Below, one piece after another: positions 35,161 through 45,333 of a stretch of 64,000 bases of DNA. The stretch covers positions 44,125 through 108,124 of the IMG/VR virus record IMGVR_UViG_3300042945_001689. One strand, written 5' to 3'. Every line of letters begins with the position of its first letter. Position 1 is the first letter of the stretch. The stretch comes from a virus. Position numbers and translations under genes: made by a program. The notes below the pieces were generated by a model. The model worked only from the letters and a program-made list of their open reading frames with translations. It was not told the origin of the DNA and did not search any database.

Positions 35161-35874
35161 AGCCTTATATTCTTTTACAAAGTTCATAACTTTTTTTTCT
35201 GCGTTTGTCTCATACACTAATACACCATAAAACCCTTTACTATTTAAATCATCTAAAAAGTCAGCGAATTCTTTTTTAGTAAACGTTGTAGAGTCTGAGT
35301 GGTTAGCATGAATAGTGTTTTCATCATCGTCTTTAAATATAGGTCCAATGGAAACTATTGCTTTTGAATTATCTATATCATACTCACCGCTTATATACCT
35401 TGAATATGGCAAAATAACATTTTGATCATGCTTTTTTGCAGCGTCAAACGTAAACTTATTTGTTGTAGAAACAAATAATTTTGGTAACTTTAGTCCTTTC
35501 ATTGCACTAAATACATCTAAAAATTTAATAAGATAGTTAGATTTGTCTATGTTTGAAGAAAGATCATTGACATCTCCAATTACCCCTCCATACTCTCTTT
35601 CATGTTCTTTAGGCCACCCAGATATTAAATTAATTTCTATTGATCCTGGAGAAATTTCATCTAAAGAATTGCATAAAAAAGAAAGATACTGTGGAGATAT
35701 AAGATATGGCCTTATTGCTATCATGTATGTAAAGTTTTGATATTTATCTATACATCTTGCTACACGAACAAAATCTGCATTTTCAATACCAGTAGCAAAT
35801 AATATACCATCAAAACCACTGGCGTGGGCATTTTTAATTTCTTCAAACCAACCACTAAAATAATATATCTTCAT
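35140..35874 (-). CDS. Short luciferase-like (SsuD/LLM) monooxygenase-like protein
   Basis: GFDGIL, MIAIRPYLISPQY, INLISG; start moved to MKIYYF. Confidence 0.6.
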   Translation of the reverse strand: MKIYYFSGWFEEIKNAHASGFDGILFATGIENADFVRVARCIDKYQNFTYMIAIRPYLISPQYLSFLCNSLDEISPGSIEINLISGWPKEHEREYGGVIGDVNDLSSNIDKSNYLIKFLDVFSAMKGLKLPKLFVSTTNKFTFDAAKKHDQNVILPYSRYISGEYDIDNSKAIVSIGPIFKDDDENTIHANHSDSTTFTKKEFADFLDDLNSKGFYGVLVYETNAEKKVMNFVKEYKALKFGGK

Positions 35875-36143
35875 TAATAATCCTGCAACCATGCTAAATA
35901 ATTTGCTATTGCAAAAATAAACAAATAGATAAAGAAAATATACTTCATAGTGTATAATTGTAGCATGGACACTATAGAAAAAGAAAACACCTGTGCTTAT
36001 TGCAATCACCCTGCCGTCTATAATGATATAGGATTAAATGATAAAGGTATGTTTGCAGTATTGGATGTATGTAAGTGCCACCTTGAAAAGTATGCTCCAT
36101 AATCGCTATTGACAAACTGACTTCTGCAAGATATACTTAATAC

Positions 36144-36485
36144 ATGGAATCATTACTATTAGCAATTGCATTGTTTTTGTCATCCCCTGCTGGACAGGAT
36201 CCAAATAGGGAGCCAATGTGGTTTGATGGATGTCAAAACATCACAGAACAACAATTAGATAGTTCAACCTGGCAATATTCTTGCGGGGATAATGATATGA
36301 TAGAACCACAAACTATAGAAGAATGGGTGGAACCAAATGCGGCAATCGAACACTTTAGCCTCACAAAACAAACAAAAGCGTTACCTAAAAAACAAAAAGC
36401 GTCTACAATCAAAGCCAAGCCTGTCAAGGCAGCAAAGACGGGAACAGGCAATAAGAGAACTCATGCTTCTAAACTACTTAAGTAA
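36144..36485 (+). CDS. Secreted/membrane hypothetical protein
   Basis: signal peptide, Lys-rich tail; leaderless promoter 36109-36137. Confidence 0.65.
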   Translation: MESLLLAIALFLSSPAGQDPNREPMWFDGCQNITEQQLDSSTWQYSCGDNDMIEPQTIEEWVEPNAAIEHFSLTKQTKALPKKQKASTIKAKPVKAAKTGTGNKRTHASKLLK

Positions 36486-36670
36486 AACAGCAAAGCCAAG
36501 TCAAGAATCAGTTTCTAATAATGATAAATAAAGTGAGTGGTCCTGATGATGATGGCTATATGCTTTATGCTAATTCAAACAGACTGCTAGGATTTTGGGG
36601 CAATTTGTGTGGACTAGTGGCTACATTTTTTATTAATCAATCAATAAAACATGGAGATTATTTTGAAATA

Positions 36671-37057
36671 TTAGACCAAGACTAGGTCTATTGTAGTTTT
36701 TTTAAGTTCTTCTTCTGTCCAAAGTCCAACTTTAGAATCTCCGCCATATGATTTTGCCAAACCAGAATTTATAAGTTGATCATTAACACTTACCTCTGAC
36801 TTTAAATATATTTTGCCAAGATATCTTCCATACTTATCAGGTTTAGATACTTCTAGTTTTACAAGTTTGCCTTCTAGGTTCTTAACTAAAAACTCTTTAA
36901 GGGCTTTTCCAAGTGGTGTATTTTTTTCTGCAGTATCAATACCAGATAATCTAATTCTTTCTTTGTGCCATACACTAAATCCAAGATCAATAAATACATC
37001 ACAGGTATCACCATCAACTACCTTGTCAATTTTTGTATAATATGTATACATAGCCAT
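36671..37057 (-). CDS. Thermonuclease (SNase-like)
   Basis: VVDGDT, RIRLSGIDTAE, DKYGRYLG. Confidence 0.9.
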   Translation of the reverse strand: MAMYTYYTKIDKVVDGDTCDVFIDLGFSVWHKERIRLSGIDTAEKNTPLGKALKEFLVKNLEGKLVKLEVSKPDKYGRYLGKIYLKSEVSVNDQLINSGLAKSYGGDSKVGLWTEEELKKTTIDLVLV

Positions 37058-37127
37058 GTTGACAATTATAACATCGTTTGGTACAATTGAACTATAGAAA
37101 CAGCCTATTTAACACTTTAGAAAGGTC

Positions 37128-37385
37128 TTGGTTATGAAAGAACTTATTCACTTTACAGCAGATTGGTGTCAACCATGCAAGGCTATGGCGCCAATTGTTT
37201 ATGAATTTAAAGATAAACATCCAGAAATTATATACACAAAGATAGATGTAGATGAAAATCCAGATGCTGCTCAATTTTTTAATGTAAAAGGAGTTCCAAC
37301 TTTTATATCTCAAATAGAGGGACTTAATCATGATCGAAGAACTGGTAAGTCTACTTTGTTTCAATTAGAATCACTGTTCGGATAA
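37128..37385 (+). CDS. Thioredoxin
   Basis: WCQPC, IDVDE, VPTF. Confidence 0.9.
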   Translation: MVMKELIHFTADWCQPCKAMAPIVYEFKDKHPEIIYTKIDVDENPDAAQFFNVKGVPTFISQIEGLNHDRRTGKSTLFQLESLFG

Positions 37386-37391
37386 AACTTA

Positions 37392-37465
37392 GCACCAGTA
37401 GCCAAGTTGGTTAAGGCCCCGAACTCATAATTCGGTTATCGTAGGTTCAAGTCCTACCTGGTGTA
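37392..37465 (+). tRNA. tRNA-CAT (Ile2 or elongator Met)
   Basis: cloverleaf, CCGAA-CT-CAT-AA-TTCGG; C4/C5 in the acceptor stem hint at Ile2. Confidence 0.9.
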
Positions 37466-37469
37466 CTAA

Positions 37470-37543
37470 TGGTCTGTAGCACAATTGGCAGTTGCACTCG
37501 GCTGTTAACCGAGATGTTGTAGGTTCGAGTCCTACCAGACCAG
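37470..37543 (+). tRNA. tRNA-Asn(GTT)
   Basis: CTCGG-CT-GTT-AA-CCGAG; acceptor TGGTCTG/CAGACCA. Confidence 0.93.
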
Positions 37544-37546
37544 CAA

Positions 37547-37618
37547 GGCACCATCGTCTATCGGTTAGGACATCGCCCTTTCACGGCGAAAAGACGGGTT
37601 CGACTCCCGTTGGCGCTA
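37547..37618 (+). tRNA. tRNA-Glu(TTC)
   Basis: TCGCC-CT-TTC-AC-GGCGA; one A-C mismatch in acceptor stem. Confidence 0.88.
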
Positions 37619-37619
37619 C

Positions 37620-37692
37620 GCCCTCATAACTCAGGGGATAGAGTCACGGACTTCTAATCCGTTGGTCGCAGGTTCGAATCCTGCTGAGGGCA
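37620..37692 (+). tRNA. tRNA-Arg(TCT)
   Basis: ACGGA-CT-TCT-AA-TCCGT; acceptor GCCCTCA/TGAGGGC. Confidence 0.93.
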
Positions 37693-37723
37693 CAAATATG
37701 ATAGAATTAGTAATGGAGATATT

Positions 37724-38386
37724 ATGTTAACTAAAAATAGTTTTATTGGATATGAAGTAGAAGAGCCTATTGCAAATGTTTTTATTATTAAAAATTTTTT
37801 ATCTGACACAGAACAAAAAATATTATTAGATTATGTTAAATCTTTGTCTCAAGAGGATTGGGAACATGAGTATCGTGAAAATTTAAAAAAGTTTTGTTTA
37901 GTAAAATTTGGCACAGATGATGTACAAAAATTAGTAAAAGAGGGAAAGTTTGAAGTTACAGAAAATTGGAGCGATAAAAATTTTCATCTTGTTAATAATG
38001 GAACTTCAGCAGTTAAAAAAATATGTTTATCTTTAACTGAAATTATTAATACTTTTTTACCAGAAGATATAGAAATGAGAGGCCCAGGAACAGCACAAAG
38101 GCAGTATGCTGGTGTTCCACTTACTGCACATTACGACCAATACACTGATCCATCAATAGAATATGCAGCAATTATTTATTTAAATGACGACTACATTGAT
38201 GGAGAATTATTTTTTCCAAACAAAACTTTTGAAATTAAGCCATTATCAAAATCGTTAGTTATTTTTCCTGGAACAGAAGAGTTTACTCATGGAGTAAAGG
38301 CTCCTGGAGAAGGACCAATAAGATATGTTTTGCCTTCTTTTATCTCTAAAAAAGAATTTTATAATGATGGAAAATATTATGTATGA
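37724..38386 (+). CDS. 2OG-Fe(II) oxygenase, prolyl 4-hydroxylase-like
   Basis: HYD, YLNDDYIDGELFF, HGV..RY. Confidence 0.88.
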   Translation: MLTKNSFIGYEVEEPIANVFIIKNFLSDTEQKILLDYVKSLSQEDWEHEYRENLKKFCLVKFGTDDVQKLVKEGKFEVTENWSDKNFHLVNNGTSAVKKICLSLTEIINTFLPEDIEMRGPGTAQRQYAGVPLTAHYDQYTDPSIEYAAIIYLNDDYIDGELFFPNKTFEIKPLSKSLVIFPGTEEFTHGVKAPGEGPIRYVLPSFISKKEFYNDGKYYV

Positions 38387-38416
38387 AATTAATGAAAACA
38401 TTGATAAAACAATAAA

Positions 38417-38965
38417 ATGTTTTTAACGCTTACAACATATCCAAGATCTGGGCAACACTTTTTAAAAGAGCATCTAGAACAAAGATTTTTTTTAGAAAAC
38501 TTTAAATATACCCACGAAGAAGAAGAAAATAAAGAATGTACAACAATAACAATAATAAGAAATCCGTTAGAATCAATAGCATCTTGGGTGGCTATGCAAA
38601 ATTATTATGACAAAAAAACAAATCACTTTTTAATAATCAAAAATATTAAATTTTGTCAAGCAAAATATAACAAATTTTATAAATATATTTTATCAAATGT
38701 AGATATAATTATTGATTATAATTATTTAAATTCAAACACTGAAGACATAATACAATATATAGGACAAAAAATAAAAAATGTTCCAAACAACAATAACGTT
38801 GTGCTAAACATTAAAGATGAACCTGATAGAAAACACATAGTCTCTTCAAAAAAAAATCAAGAATATGATTTTATTTTAAATATAACAAAAAAAATTGATA
38901 TGAAAAATGAATTTGAACTATACAATTTAGCACTTAAAAAATCTTACCCTAATTTTATTTTATAA
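38417..38965 (+). CDS. Sulfotransferase-like protein
   Basis: TYPRSG (5'-PSB-like) and IIRNP..S..S (3'-PB-like). Confidence 0.65.
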   Translation: MFLTLTTYPRSGQHFLKEHLEQRFFLENFKYTHEEEENKECTTITIIRNPLESIASWVAMQNYYDKKTNHFLIIKNIKFCQAKYNKFYKYILSNVDIIIDYNYLNSNTEDIIQYIGQKIKNVPNNNNVVLNIKDEPDRKHIVSSKKNQEYDFILNITKKIDMKNEFELYNLALKKSYPNFIL

Positions 38966-39487
38966 CTATTTTTCTGGACAACAGTTGAATGAATCTAACT
39001 GTACTGCAGTAGAACGATCTGTTCCAAAAGACAACATTGCAGATTTAGTTGCTGGAACACAGTTAGGTACTGGTTTTCCATCTTTACCTGGCTTCATGCC
39101 ACGTTGCACATAACCCTCCCAACATGGGGCAGCCTTTTCAATTCCAAACACATCAGCAAACAAAGCCTTGTTTCTTTCACGTTCTGCAATTCTGCGAGAC
39201 CAAGAAAATCCTGCATCTCCGCCCCAAGCATCCCACATAATACGACCATTAGATGGATTTGACGTGTTATAAAAATCTTTACCTTTTTTATCTACTTCAT
39301 GACGAGAAAAAAAAGAATACATGCGCTTTACTGTATCTAAAGATAATGCTCTTCCAGCAACAATGTCAGTTGCTCTACCCCAGCCTACAGGTGTACCAGC
39401 ACCAGTTGCTTTTCCTTCTTCTTTCCATTTAAGCGCTCTACGAGCAGCAGCCTTCATGCCAGACGTTGGGCTATAGGTATCAGCCAT
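38966..39487 (-). CDS. Conserved phage protein
   Basis: RMYSFFSRH, WDAWGG and CWEGY..VPNCVP modules. Confidence 0.65.
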   Translation of the reverse strand: MADTYSPTSGMKAAARRALKWKEEGKATGAGTPVGWGRATDIVAGRALSLDTVKRMYSFFSRHEVDKKGKDFYNTSNPSNGRIMWDAWGGDAGFSWSRRIAERERNKALFADVFGIEKAAPCWEGYVQRGMKPGKDGKPVPNCVPATKSAMLSFGTDRSTAVQLDSFNCCPEK

Positions 39488-39616
39488 TTTTCTTCTCCTT
39501 TGGTTTACCAGGCGTATATGGCTCTACACGAGACTTTATACGACCATCCTTAGTCATACGAACAATCCATCCATCTTTTATCTGCATTGGATTAAATGCA
39601 TATTTTGATTTCTTCA

Positions 39617-40177
39617 TTATTTAGCAAAACCTCTAGGATCAAACATGCTATTATCCCAAATAGACTTTGTAACTTTTTCTGAACTATATGTTCCACCCCT
39701 ACGCTTATATTCTTGAACTACCCAAGAATTAGCAACAGCGCTTGGATACACATCAAATTTATCTTTTGCTGCTTGCACAACTCTAGCATAAAGTTGTGGA
39801 TTTGATGGTCTTGATCCACCACTTCTTGGTTTAATGAAATCACCATAATTTGGTTTTTCTGCTTTACCAATTGAATTGTCATATGCATCCATGCCTGATC
39901 CTTCTTTATCGTCTTCCATTGAATTATTCTCCATATCTATTACTTTTGCATCATTGTGCATCATTCCAATACTATAAGCGGTTGGTTCCCACTTACCATC
40001 TTCTTCTTTATAAATTCTGACTGACATTGCTGGGTTCTCTGGTGGCATTGACTCAAGAGCGTACTCAGATCCAGGAGTTCCTAGTGTTCCGCCTTCTATC
40101 ATTATATGTTCAACAACTCCATGAATAATACCTTCTGTAGTTTTACCCATAACGAAATTGCCTTCAGTAATATGCAT
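39617..40177 (-). CDS. Hypothetical phage protein
   Basis: C-terminal LY.RV..AK.KF.VYPSA.AN.W..EYKRRGG module. Confidence 0.65.
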   Translation of the reverse strand: MHITEGNFVMGKTTEGIIHGVVEHIMIEGGTLGTPGSEYALESMPPENPAMSVRIYKEEDGKWEPTAYSIGMMHNDAKVIDMENNSMEDDKEGSGMDAYDNSIGKAEKPNYGDFIKPRSGGSRPSNPQLYARVVQAAKDKFDVYPSAVANSWVVQEYKRRGGTYSSEKVTKSIWDNSMFDPRGFAK

Positions 40178-40229
40178 AACTATAATTATACCAGTTTTTC
40201 TGGTATACTATTATAGTTGAAAGGTAATA

Positions 40230-41186
40230 ATGGCAAACATAGTCTTTTTAGGCAATTTTGAAGTACCATATAGTAGCGAAAATCATCACGCTAACTCTTT
40301 AGAATCTTTAGGTCATACTGTTTGTAGATTGCAAGAAAGAACAATTAAGGATAGTTTTGTTCTTGAACAAGCAATGAACAGTGATCTCTTTATATGGGTG
40401 CATACACATGGCTGGAACACTCCAGGAAGAATCGGTATGGGCTACGTGCTAGAAGAGTTAAAGAAGGCCAACATCCCCACAATGACATATCATTTAGACC
40501 TATGGCTTGGTTTAGAAAGACAGAAAGACTTAGAAGAGGATGACTTCTATAAAACAATTGGACACTTCTTTGCAACAGATAAATTAATGACTGATTGGTT
40601 TAATGAGAACACTAATGTAAAAGGACACTTCCTTCCTGCTGGAGTATATGATAAAGAGTGCTACATTCATCCAGACTATGATGTTCAAGACTTTGATTAC
40701 GATGTGATATTTGTTGGTAGTAAAAGATATCACCATGAATATCCATACAGACCGCAACTAATAGATCACTTAAGAAATGTTTATGGTAAAAGATTTTTAC
40801 ATGTAGGTGGAGATGGTGATACTGGAACTGTCCGTGGAGATAAGTTAAATAGAATTTATGCTAAAAGTAAGATAGCAATTGGAGATAGTTTAAATATAGG
40901 ATTTAACTATCCTTACTATACAAGCGATAGATTGTTTGAAAGTACTGGTCGTGGTGGATTTACTATCTACCCTCGTATTAAAGGTCTTGAAGAATATTTT
41001 GAAGATGAAAGTGAAATTGTTTTTTATGAACATGGAAACTTAAAAGATTTAACAGATAAGATAGATGAATATCTTGAAGACAACCTTAGCAGGGAAGATA
41101 TAAGATTAAATGGTCATGAAAGAACTAAGCAAGAGCATACATATATACATAGATGGGCAACTATACTAAAGGAGTTAAACATATGA
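40230..41186 (+). CDS. Glycosyltransferase (CgeB/Glyco_trans_1_2-like)
   Basis: DVIFVGS, Y..SKI, SDRLFE..G.G, HTY.HR. Confidence 0.85.
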   Translation: MANIVFLGNFEVPYSSENHHANSLESLGHTVCRLQERTIKDSFVLEQAMNSDLFIWVHTHGWNTPGRIGMGYVLEELKKANIPTMTYHLDLWLGLERQKDLEEDDFYKTIGHFFATDKLMTDWFNENTNVKGHFLPAGVYDKECYIHPDYDVQDFDYDVIFVGSKRYHHEYPYRPQLIDHLRNVYGKRFLHVGGDGDTGTVRGDKLNRIYAKSKIAIGDSLNIGFNYPYYTSDRLFESTGRGGFTIYPRIKGLEEYFEDESEIVFYEHGNLKDLTDKIDEYLEDNLSREDIRLNGHERTKQEHTYIHRWATILKELNI

Positions 41187-41935
41187 ACTTTATAGAAAGA
41201 TCTGATATCGTATGGAAAACAGTTCCATATATTCGTCAAGGTGAAACCAGAAACTATGATTACAATCTTGAATTAAACGAGCCATTGGCAAGTTGGGATG
41301 TTTGGGATTATTGGGAAAAAGAAAGAATACATAGCATGAAGACTCACCTTAAGAAAGGTGATGTATTTTTTGATATTGGCACAGAATCTGGATGGTGTAA
41401 TTTAGTTTATGCTGATATAGTTGGACCAGAAAACATGGTGCTTATTGAACCAACACCAGAGTTTTGGCCAAACATTCATGCTCTTTGGTATAAAAATTAT
41501 TCAGTAGATCCGTTAGGAATGTATGCTGGATTAATTAGCGACAACACAACTGATACTCGCAAAGGTAGTGATCTTAATGCGTGGGGAGAAGATTATCTTG
41601 GTGCAATTATTGATCGCAATAAGTATGTCTATATTCATGACAATTCTGCAAACATACCTATGATTAAATTAGATGACTATGTTTCTGAAGTTGGCATTGT
41701 TCCAGATGTTTTAAATATTGATGTAGAAGGTGCAGAACTTCTTGTATTTAAAGGTGCAGAAAACACGTTAAGAAATAATAATTTAAAAATATTTGTATCA
41801 ATTCATGATGATTTAGGTCTGCGTGATTACAATACATCACCTGAAGATACTATATCTTATCTAGAATCTCTTGGATATGTTGGAGAATTTCTAGCAAAAA
41901 ATCATGAAGCACATTGGTATTTTGAAAAGAAATAA
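41183..41935 (+). CDS. FkbM-family methyltransferase
   Basis: FFDIG, IEP, LDDY, IDVEGAE. Confidence 0.88.
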   Translation: MNFIERSDIVWKTVPYIRQGETRNYDYNLELNEPLASWDVWDYWEKERIHSMKTHLKKGDVFFDIGTESGWCNLVYADIVGPENMVLIEPTPEFWPNIHALWYKNYSVDPLGMYAGLISDNTTDTRKGSDLNAWGEDYLGAIIDRNKYVYIHDNSANIPMIKLDDYVSEVGIVPDVLNIDVEGAELLVFKGAENTLRNNNLKIFVSIHDDLGLRDYNTSPEDTISYLESLGYVGEFLAKNHEAHWYFEKK

Positions 41936-41937
41936 AA

Positions 41938-42786
41938 ATGTTAACTGCCTATATTTATTCTAAAGATCCACTTGATTCTGCTAATGATAAATGGGATTAC
42001 GGTCTATTAAAGCAAACATTTGAAAGAAATAAAATAAAAGAAGTTGTTGTTGATACATTGCCACAAGAAGAAAGAGCCTTTGTTGTTATTCCTGGACAAG
42101 GTAATGCTGGTAAAGAAGATAGTATAAATGATGAATTAAAAAATATAGGCAGAGTAGTTTTATTTATAACTGGAGATGAAGGAAATTTATTTGATATTGA
42201 TAAAATAACGCATGGAAATATATCTATTTGGGTTCAATGCCCGACAAGAAAACACCAAAAATATAATAAACTTCCTATAGGTGCACCACATCATATTAAA
42301 GACAACATCCCCGAATATACAGAAAAAACACATACTGCATGCTTTGCTGGGCAAATTACACATAAGAGAAGACAGCAATTAGCAGACATAATGCCAAGTA
42401 TTAAAGATTCTATTTATAAACCTACTGATGGCTTTGCCAAAGGCGATGAACCAAAAGAATATTATAAAAATTTGTTTAGTGCTAAAATTGCTCCCGCTCC
42501 TGCAGGCGCTGTAAGTATGGATTCATTTAGATTTTTTGAAGCAATTGAAATGCTTTGTCTGCCTATTGCAGACTTAAGAAACTCTAAAGGGCATAAAGAT
42601 AATTTTTATCATTATATTTTTGATGAAACATTGCCATTTCCATCAACTAGTAATTGGTCAGAATTGCCAGAGATTATTAAATCAATATTAAAGGATTATC
42701 CAAACAATATGCATCATGTAGTTTCTTGGTGGATTAAATATAAAAGAGATTTTGCAATTAAACTTATGAAGGAGATATATGCATAA
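41938..42786 (+). CDS. Exostosin (GT47)-like glycosyltransferase
   Basis: FAGQ, AP.P.G..DSFRFFEA..CLPI. Confidence 0.65.
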   Translation: MLTAYIYSKDPLDSANDKWDYGLLKQTFERNKIKEVVVDTLPQEERAFVVIPGQGNAGKEDSINDELKNIGRVVLFITGDEGNLFDIDKITHGNISIWVQCPTRKHQKYNKLPIGAPHHIKDNIPEYTEKTHTACFAGQITHKRRQQLADIMPSIKDSIYKPTDGFAKGDEPKEYYKNLFSAKIAPAPAGAVSMDSFRFFEAIEMLCLPIADLRNSKGHKDNFYHYIFDETLPFPSTSNWSELPEIIKSILKDYPNNMHHVVSWWIKYKRDFAIKLMKEIYA

Positions 42787-43540
42787 GAATGACGTAACAA
42801 TTATTGTTGTAACATCAGTTCTTCCAGATCACCCAGACACTTCTATCCTTGATGAAACAATTAACTCCGTAAGATATCATTTTCCTGATAACGAAATCAT
42901 ATTGCAGATAGATGGCTTGCGTGAAGAAAGACTAAATAGAAAAAATGATTATGATGAATTTAAGAACAGAGTGTTATGGAAATGTTTGCATGAATGGAAA
43001 AATGTTTTACCAATAATTTTTGACAAACATAGTCATCAGACAACAATGATGAAAGAAACAATTGGTTTAATAACTACATCAATATTATTGTATGTTGAGG
43101 GAGATGCTCCACTTGTTACTGAAGAGCCTATAGATTGGCAAAAATGTTTAGATATGTTTGAGTATAATGAAGCAAAAACAATTAGATTTCACTTTGAAGC
43201 ATCTATTCCAAGATCACATGAGCATTTAATGTTTGGTCTTAGTGATGATTTTATGAAAACAGCACAATGGAGCCAAAGACCACACCTATCTTTAGTGTCG
43301 TATTATAGAAATGAGATTATGCCAAGATTAAAGGATCATTCGTTTATAGAAGACATTATCCATGGCGCTATACAAGATGATATTTTGCCCTATGACGTAT
43401 TTGATAAAGAAGGATGGGACAAACATAAACTTTGGATCTACCATCCAAAAAATAATATTAAAAGATCTTACCATTTAGACGGACGCAGGGGTACAAGAAA
43501 ATTCACATCAGATGATGACGTATGGGGATATACTGAATGA
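42779..43540 (+). CDS. GT-A fold glycosyltransferase-like protein
   Basis: VTIIV, IILQIDG, YVEGD, HLDGR; operon context. Confidence 0.6.
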   Translation: MHKNDVTIIVVTSVLPDHPDTSILDETINSVRYHFPDNEIILQIDGLREERLNRKNDYDEFKNRVLWKCLHEWKNVLPIIFDKHSHQTTMMKETIGLITTSILLYVEGDAPLVTEEPIDWQKCLDMFEYNEAKTIRFHFEASIPRSHEHLMFGLSDDFMKTAQWSQRPHLSLVSYYRNEIMPRLKDHSFIEDIIHGAIQDDILPYDVFDKEGWDKHKLWIYHPKNNIKRSYHLDGRRGTRKFTSDDDVWGYTE

Positions 43541-44580
43541 GACTTGGAATTATTGCTAGATCAGACAATACTGGGCTGGGATACCAAACAAAACAGTTAA
43601 CAGATATGTTAAAACCTAGCAAAGTAATGTTAATTGATTTTTCTCAACATAACAATAATAAACAACATCCTGAATGGTATAACGGATATGAAGTAATAAA
43701 TGTTCTTGGTATACCAGATAGCAGGGATATCGATAGATTTTTAAAAGATATAGACGTTGTATTAAGTTGTGAAACATTCTACAACAATGACGAACTGATA
43801 TTAAAGGCTAGAGATAAAGGAATTAAAACAATTCTTCAGTATAATTACGAACTTTTTGGGAACCTATCAAAAAAGAATATGGAATTACCAAATGTTTTAG
43901 TATCTCCTAGTTCATGGAAAATAGATGATATTGAGTTTAAATTTGGCAGAAAAGCAAAAGTAGTTCACTTGCCACCGCCAACAAACACAAATCTATTTGA
44001 CGGTGCTAGTAAAATTAATAGATCAAAAACTCATAATCGCATACTGCACATTGGTGGAAAACGTGCTGCACAAGATAGAAATGGAACCAACACAATAGTT
44101 AATATGTTGAAATATTCTAAAGCAGATTATGAACTAGTAATAAGGACGCAAACCAAACTTGATCTAAACTTTAATGATGATCGTATTGTATTAGATTATA
44201 ATGATAGTGTAGATAGAGAGTCAATGTACGTTGGCTTTGATGCTATGGTCTTGCCTAGAAGATATGCTGGACTATGTTTACCTATGAATGAGTCTTTGCT
44301 TAGTGCCCTGCCAGTTTTTATGACAAATATCGCCCCCAACCATAAAGTGCTTCCAAAAAAATGGTTAGTAGAGTCACATCTAATTGAACAGTTTAAAGCA
44401 AAAACTATGATAAATGTTTATGAAGCAGATTTAAAAAAACTAGCAGGACTTATTGATAATTATGTTGCACTTAGTAATGAACAAAAAAATATTGAAAAAG
44501 AAGAAGCCTTGTCCATAGGATATGAAAACTTTGCTCCAGAGGCACTACTGCCACAATACATTAAATTAATTAATGAATAA
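43537..44580 (+). CDS. GT-B glycosyltransferase (GT4-like)
   Basis: D.MVLP..GLCLPMNE. Confidence 0.8.
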   Translation: MRLGIIARSDNTGLGYQTKQLTDMLKPSKVMLIDFSQHNNNKQHPEWYNGYEVINVLGIPDSRDIDRFLKDIDVVLSCETFYNNDELILKARDKGIKTILQYNYELFGNLSKKNMELPNVLVSPSSWKIDDIEFKFGRKAKVVHLPPPTNTNLFDGASKINRSKTHNRILHIGGKRAAQDRNGTNTIVNMLKYSKADYELVIRTQTKLDLNFNDDRIVLDYNDSVDRESMYVGFDAMVLPRRYAGLCLPMNESLLSALPVFMTNIAPNHKVLPKKWLVESHLIEQFKAKTMINVYEADLKKLAGLIDNYVALSNEQKNIEKEEALSIGYENFAPEALLPQYIKLINE

Positions 44581-45273
44581 CTACTCTTCATAAATTGTTT
44601 TATTTTTAAACTCTTTAGATAAATATAAATCTTTTAATTCTAAAAATGATCCACTCTCCGTTGATAAAAATGGATATTTGTTTGCCTCGTAGTCATAAGA
44701 TAATGGTGCAAAATTTTCTGATTTATAAACTTTAACATCTGATATTTCTTTTGACTCATCATTAAATGTATTGCCATAAATAGATCGATACAACAAATTA
44801 TGATTTATTCTTAAAATATTATCAAATTTTTCTTTTGACATTTTCATCGGTACATGTATTTCATAGTTTAATGGATTATCAATACCCATCTGTAAAAGTT
44901 TATCTTGTGTTATTTTTAATCTATTTATATAAGAACTTCTTCCAAGTATAGTTTCATAAGCATCAATTTTATTTTCTAATGTGCCACTGTAATATGAAAC
45001 TATTGTATCAATTGGTTTAATAATAAAAAAATCATCATTCATTAAAACAAAATCATCTGGGATATCAGATGTGTTACATATTGTTTTAAAATTATTAAAA
45101 GCATTTTTATATTTAGAATATTTTTGATTTACTGGTATATATTGCCCAACATACCAATCTGGTTTACCACCAACTACCCATAGACTGTCTACATTGCAAT
45201 TTTTAACAACAGACCTTATAGAATAACGAAGTTCTTCGTTGTTTCCATCTTTGCATATATAAACAAAATTCAT
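44581..45273 (-). CDS. Stealth-like sugar-phosphate transferase
   Basis: ELRYSIRS and FVLMNDDFF motifs. Confidence 0.6.
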   Translation of the reverse strand: MNFVYICKDGNNEELRYSIRSVVKNCNVDSLWVVGGKPDWYVGQYIPVNQKYSKYKNAFNNFKTICNTSDIPDDFVLMNDDFFIIKPIDTIVSYYSGTLENKIDAYETILGRSSYINRLKITQDKLLQMGIDNPLNYEIHVPMKMSKEKFDNILRINHNLLYRSIYGNTFNDESKEISDVKVYKSENFAPLSYDYEANKYPFLSTESGSFLELKDLYLSKEFKNKTIYEE

Positions 45274-45294
45274 AACATCTCCAAAATAATATGA

Positions 45295-45316
45295 GGCAGA
45301 CTAATTAAAGTCTGCC
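45295..45316. terminator. Hairpin downstream of holin
   Basis: GGCAGACT/AGTCTGCC 8-bp stem. Confidence 0.5.
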
Positions 45317-45333
45317 CCACACTTATTAATATA

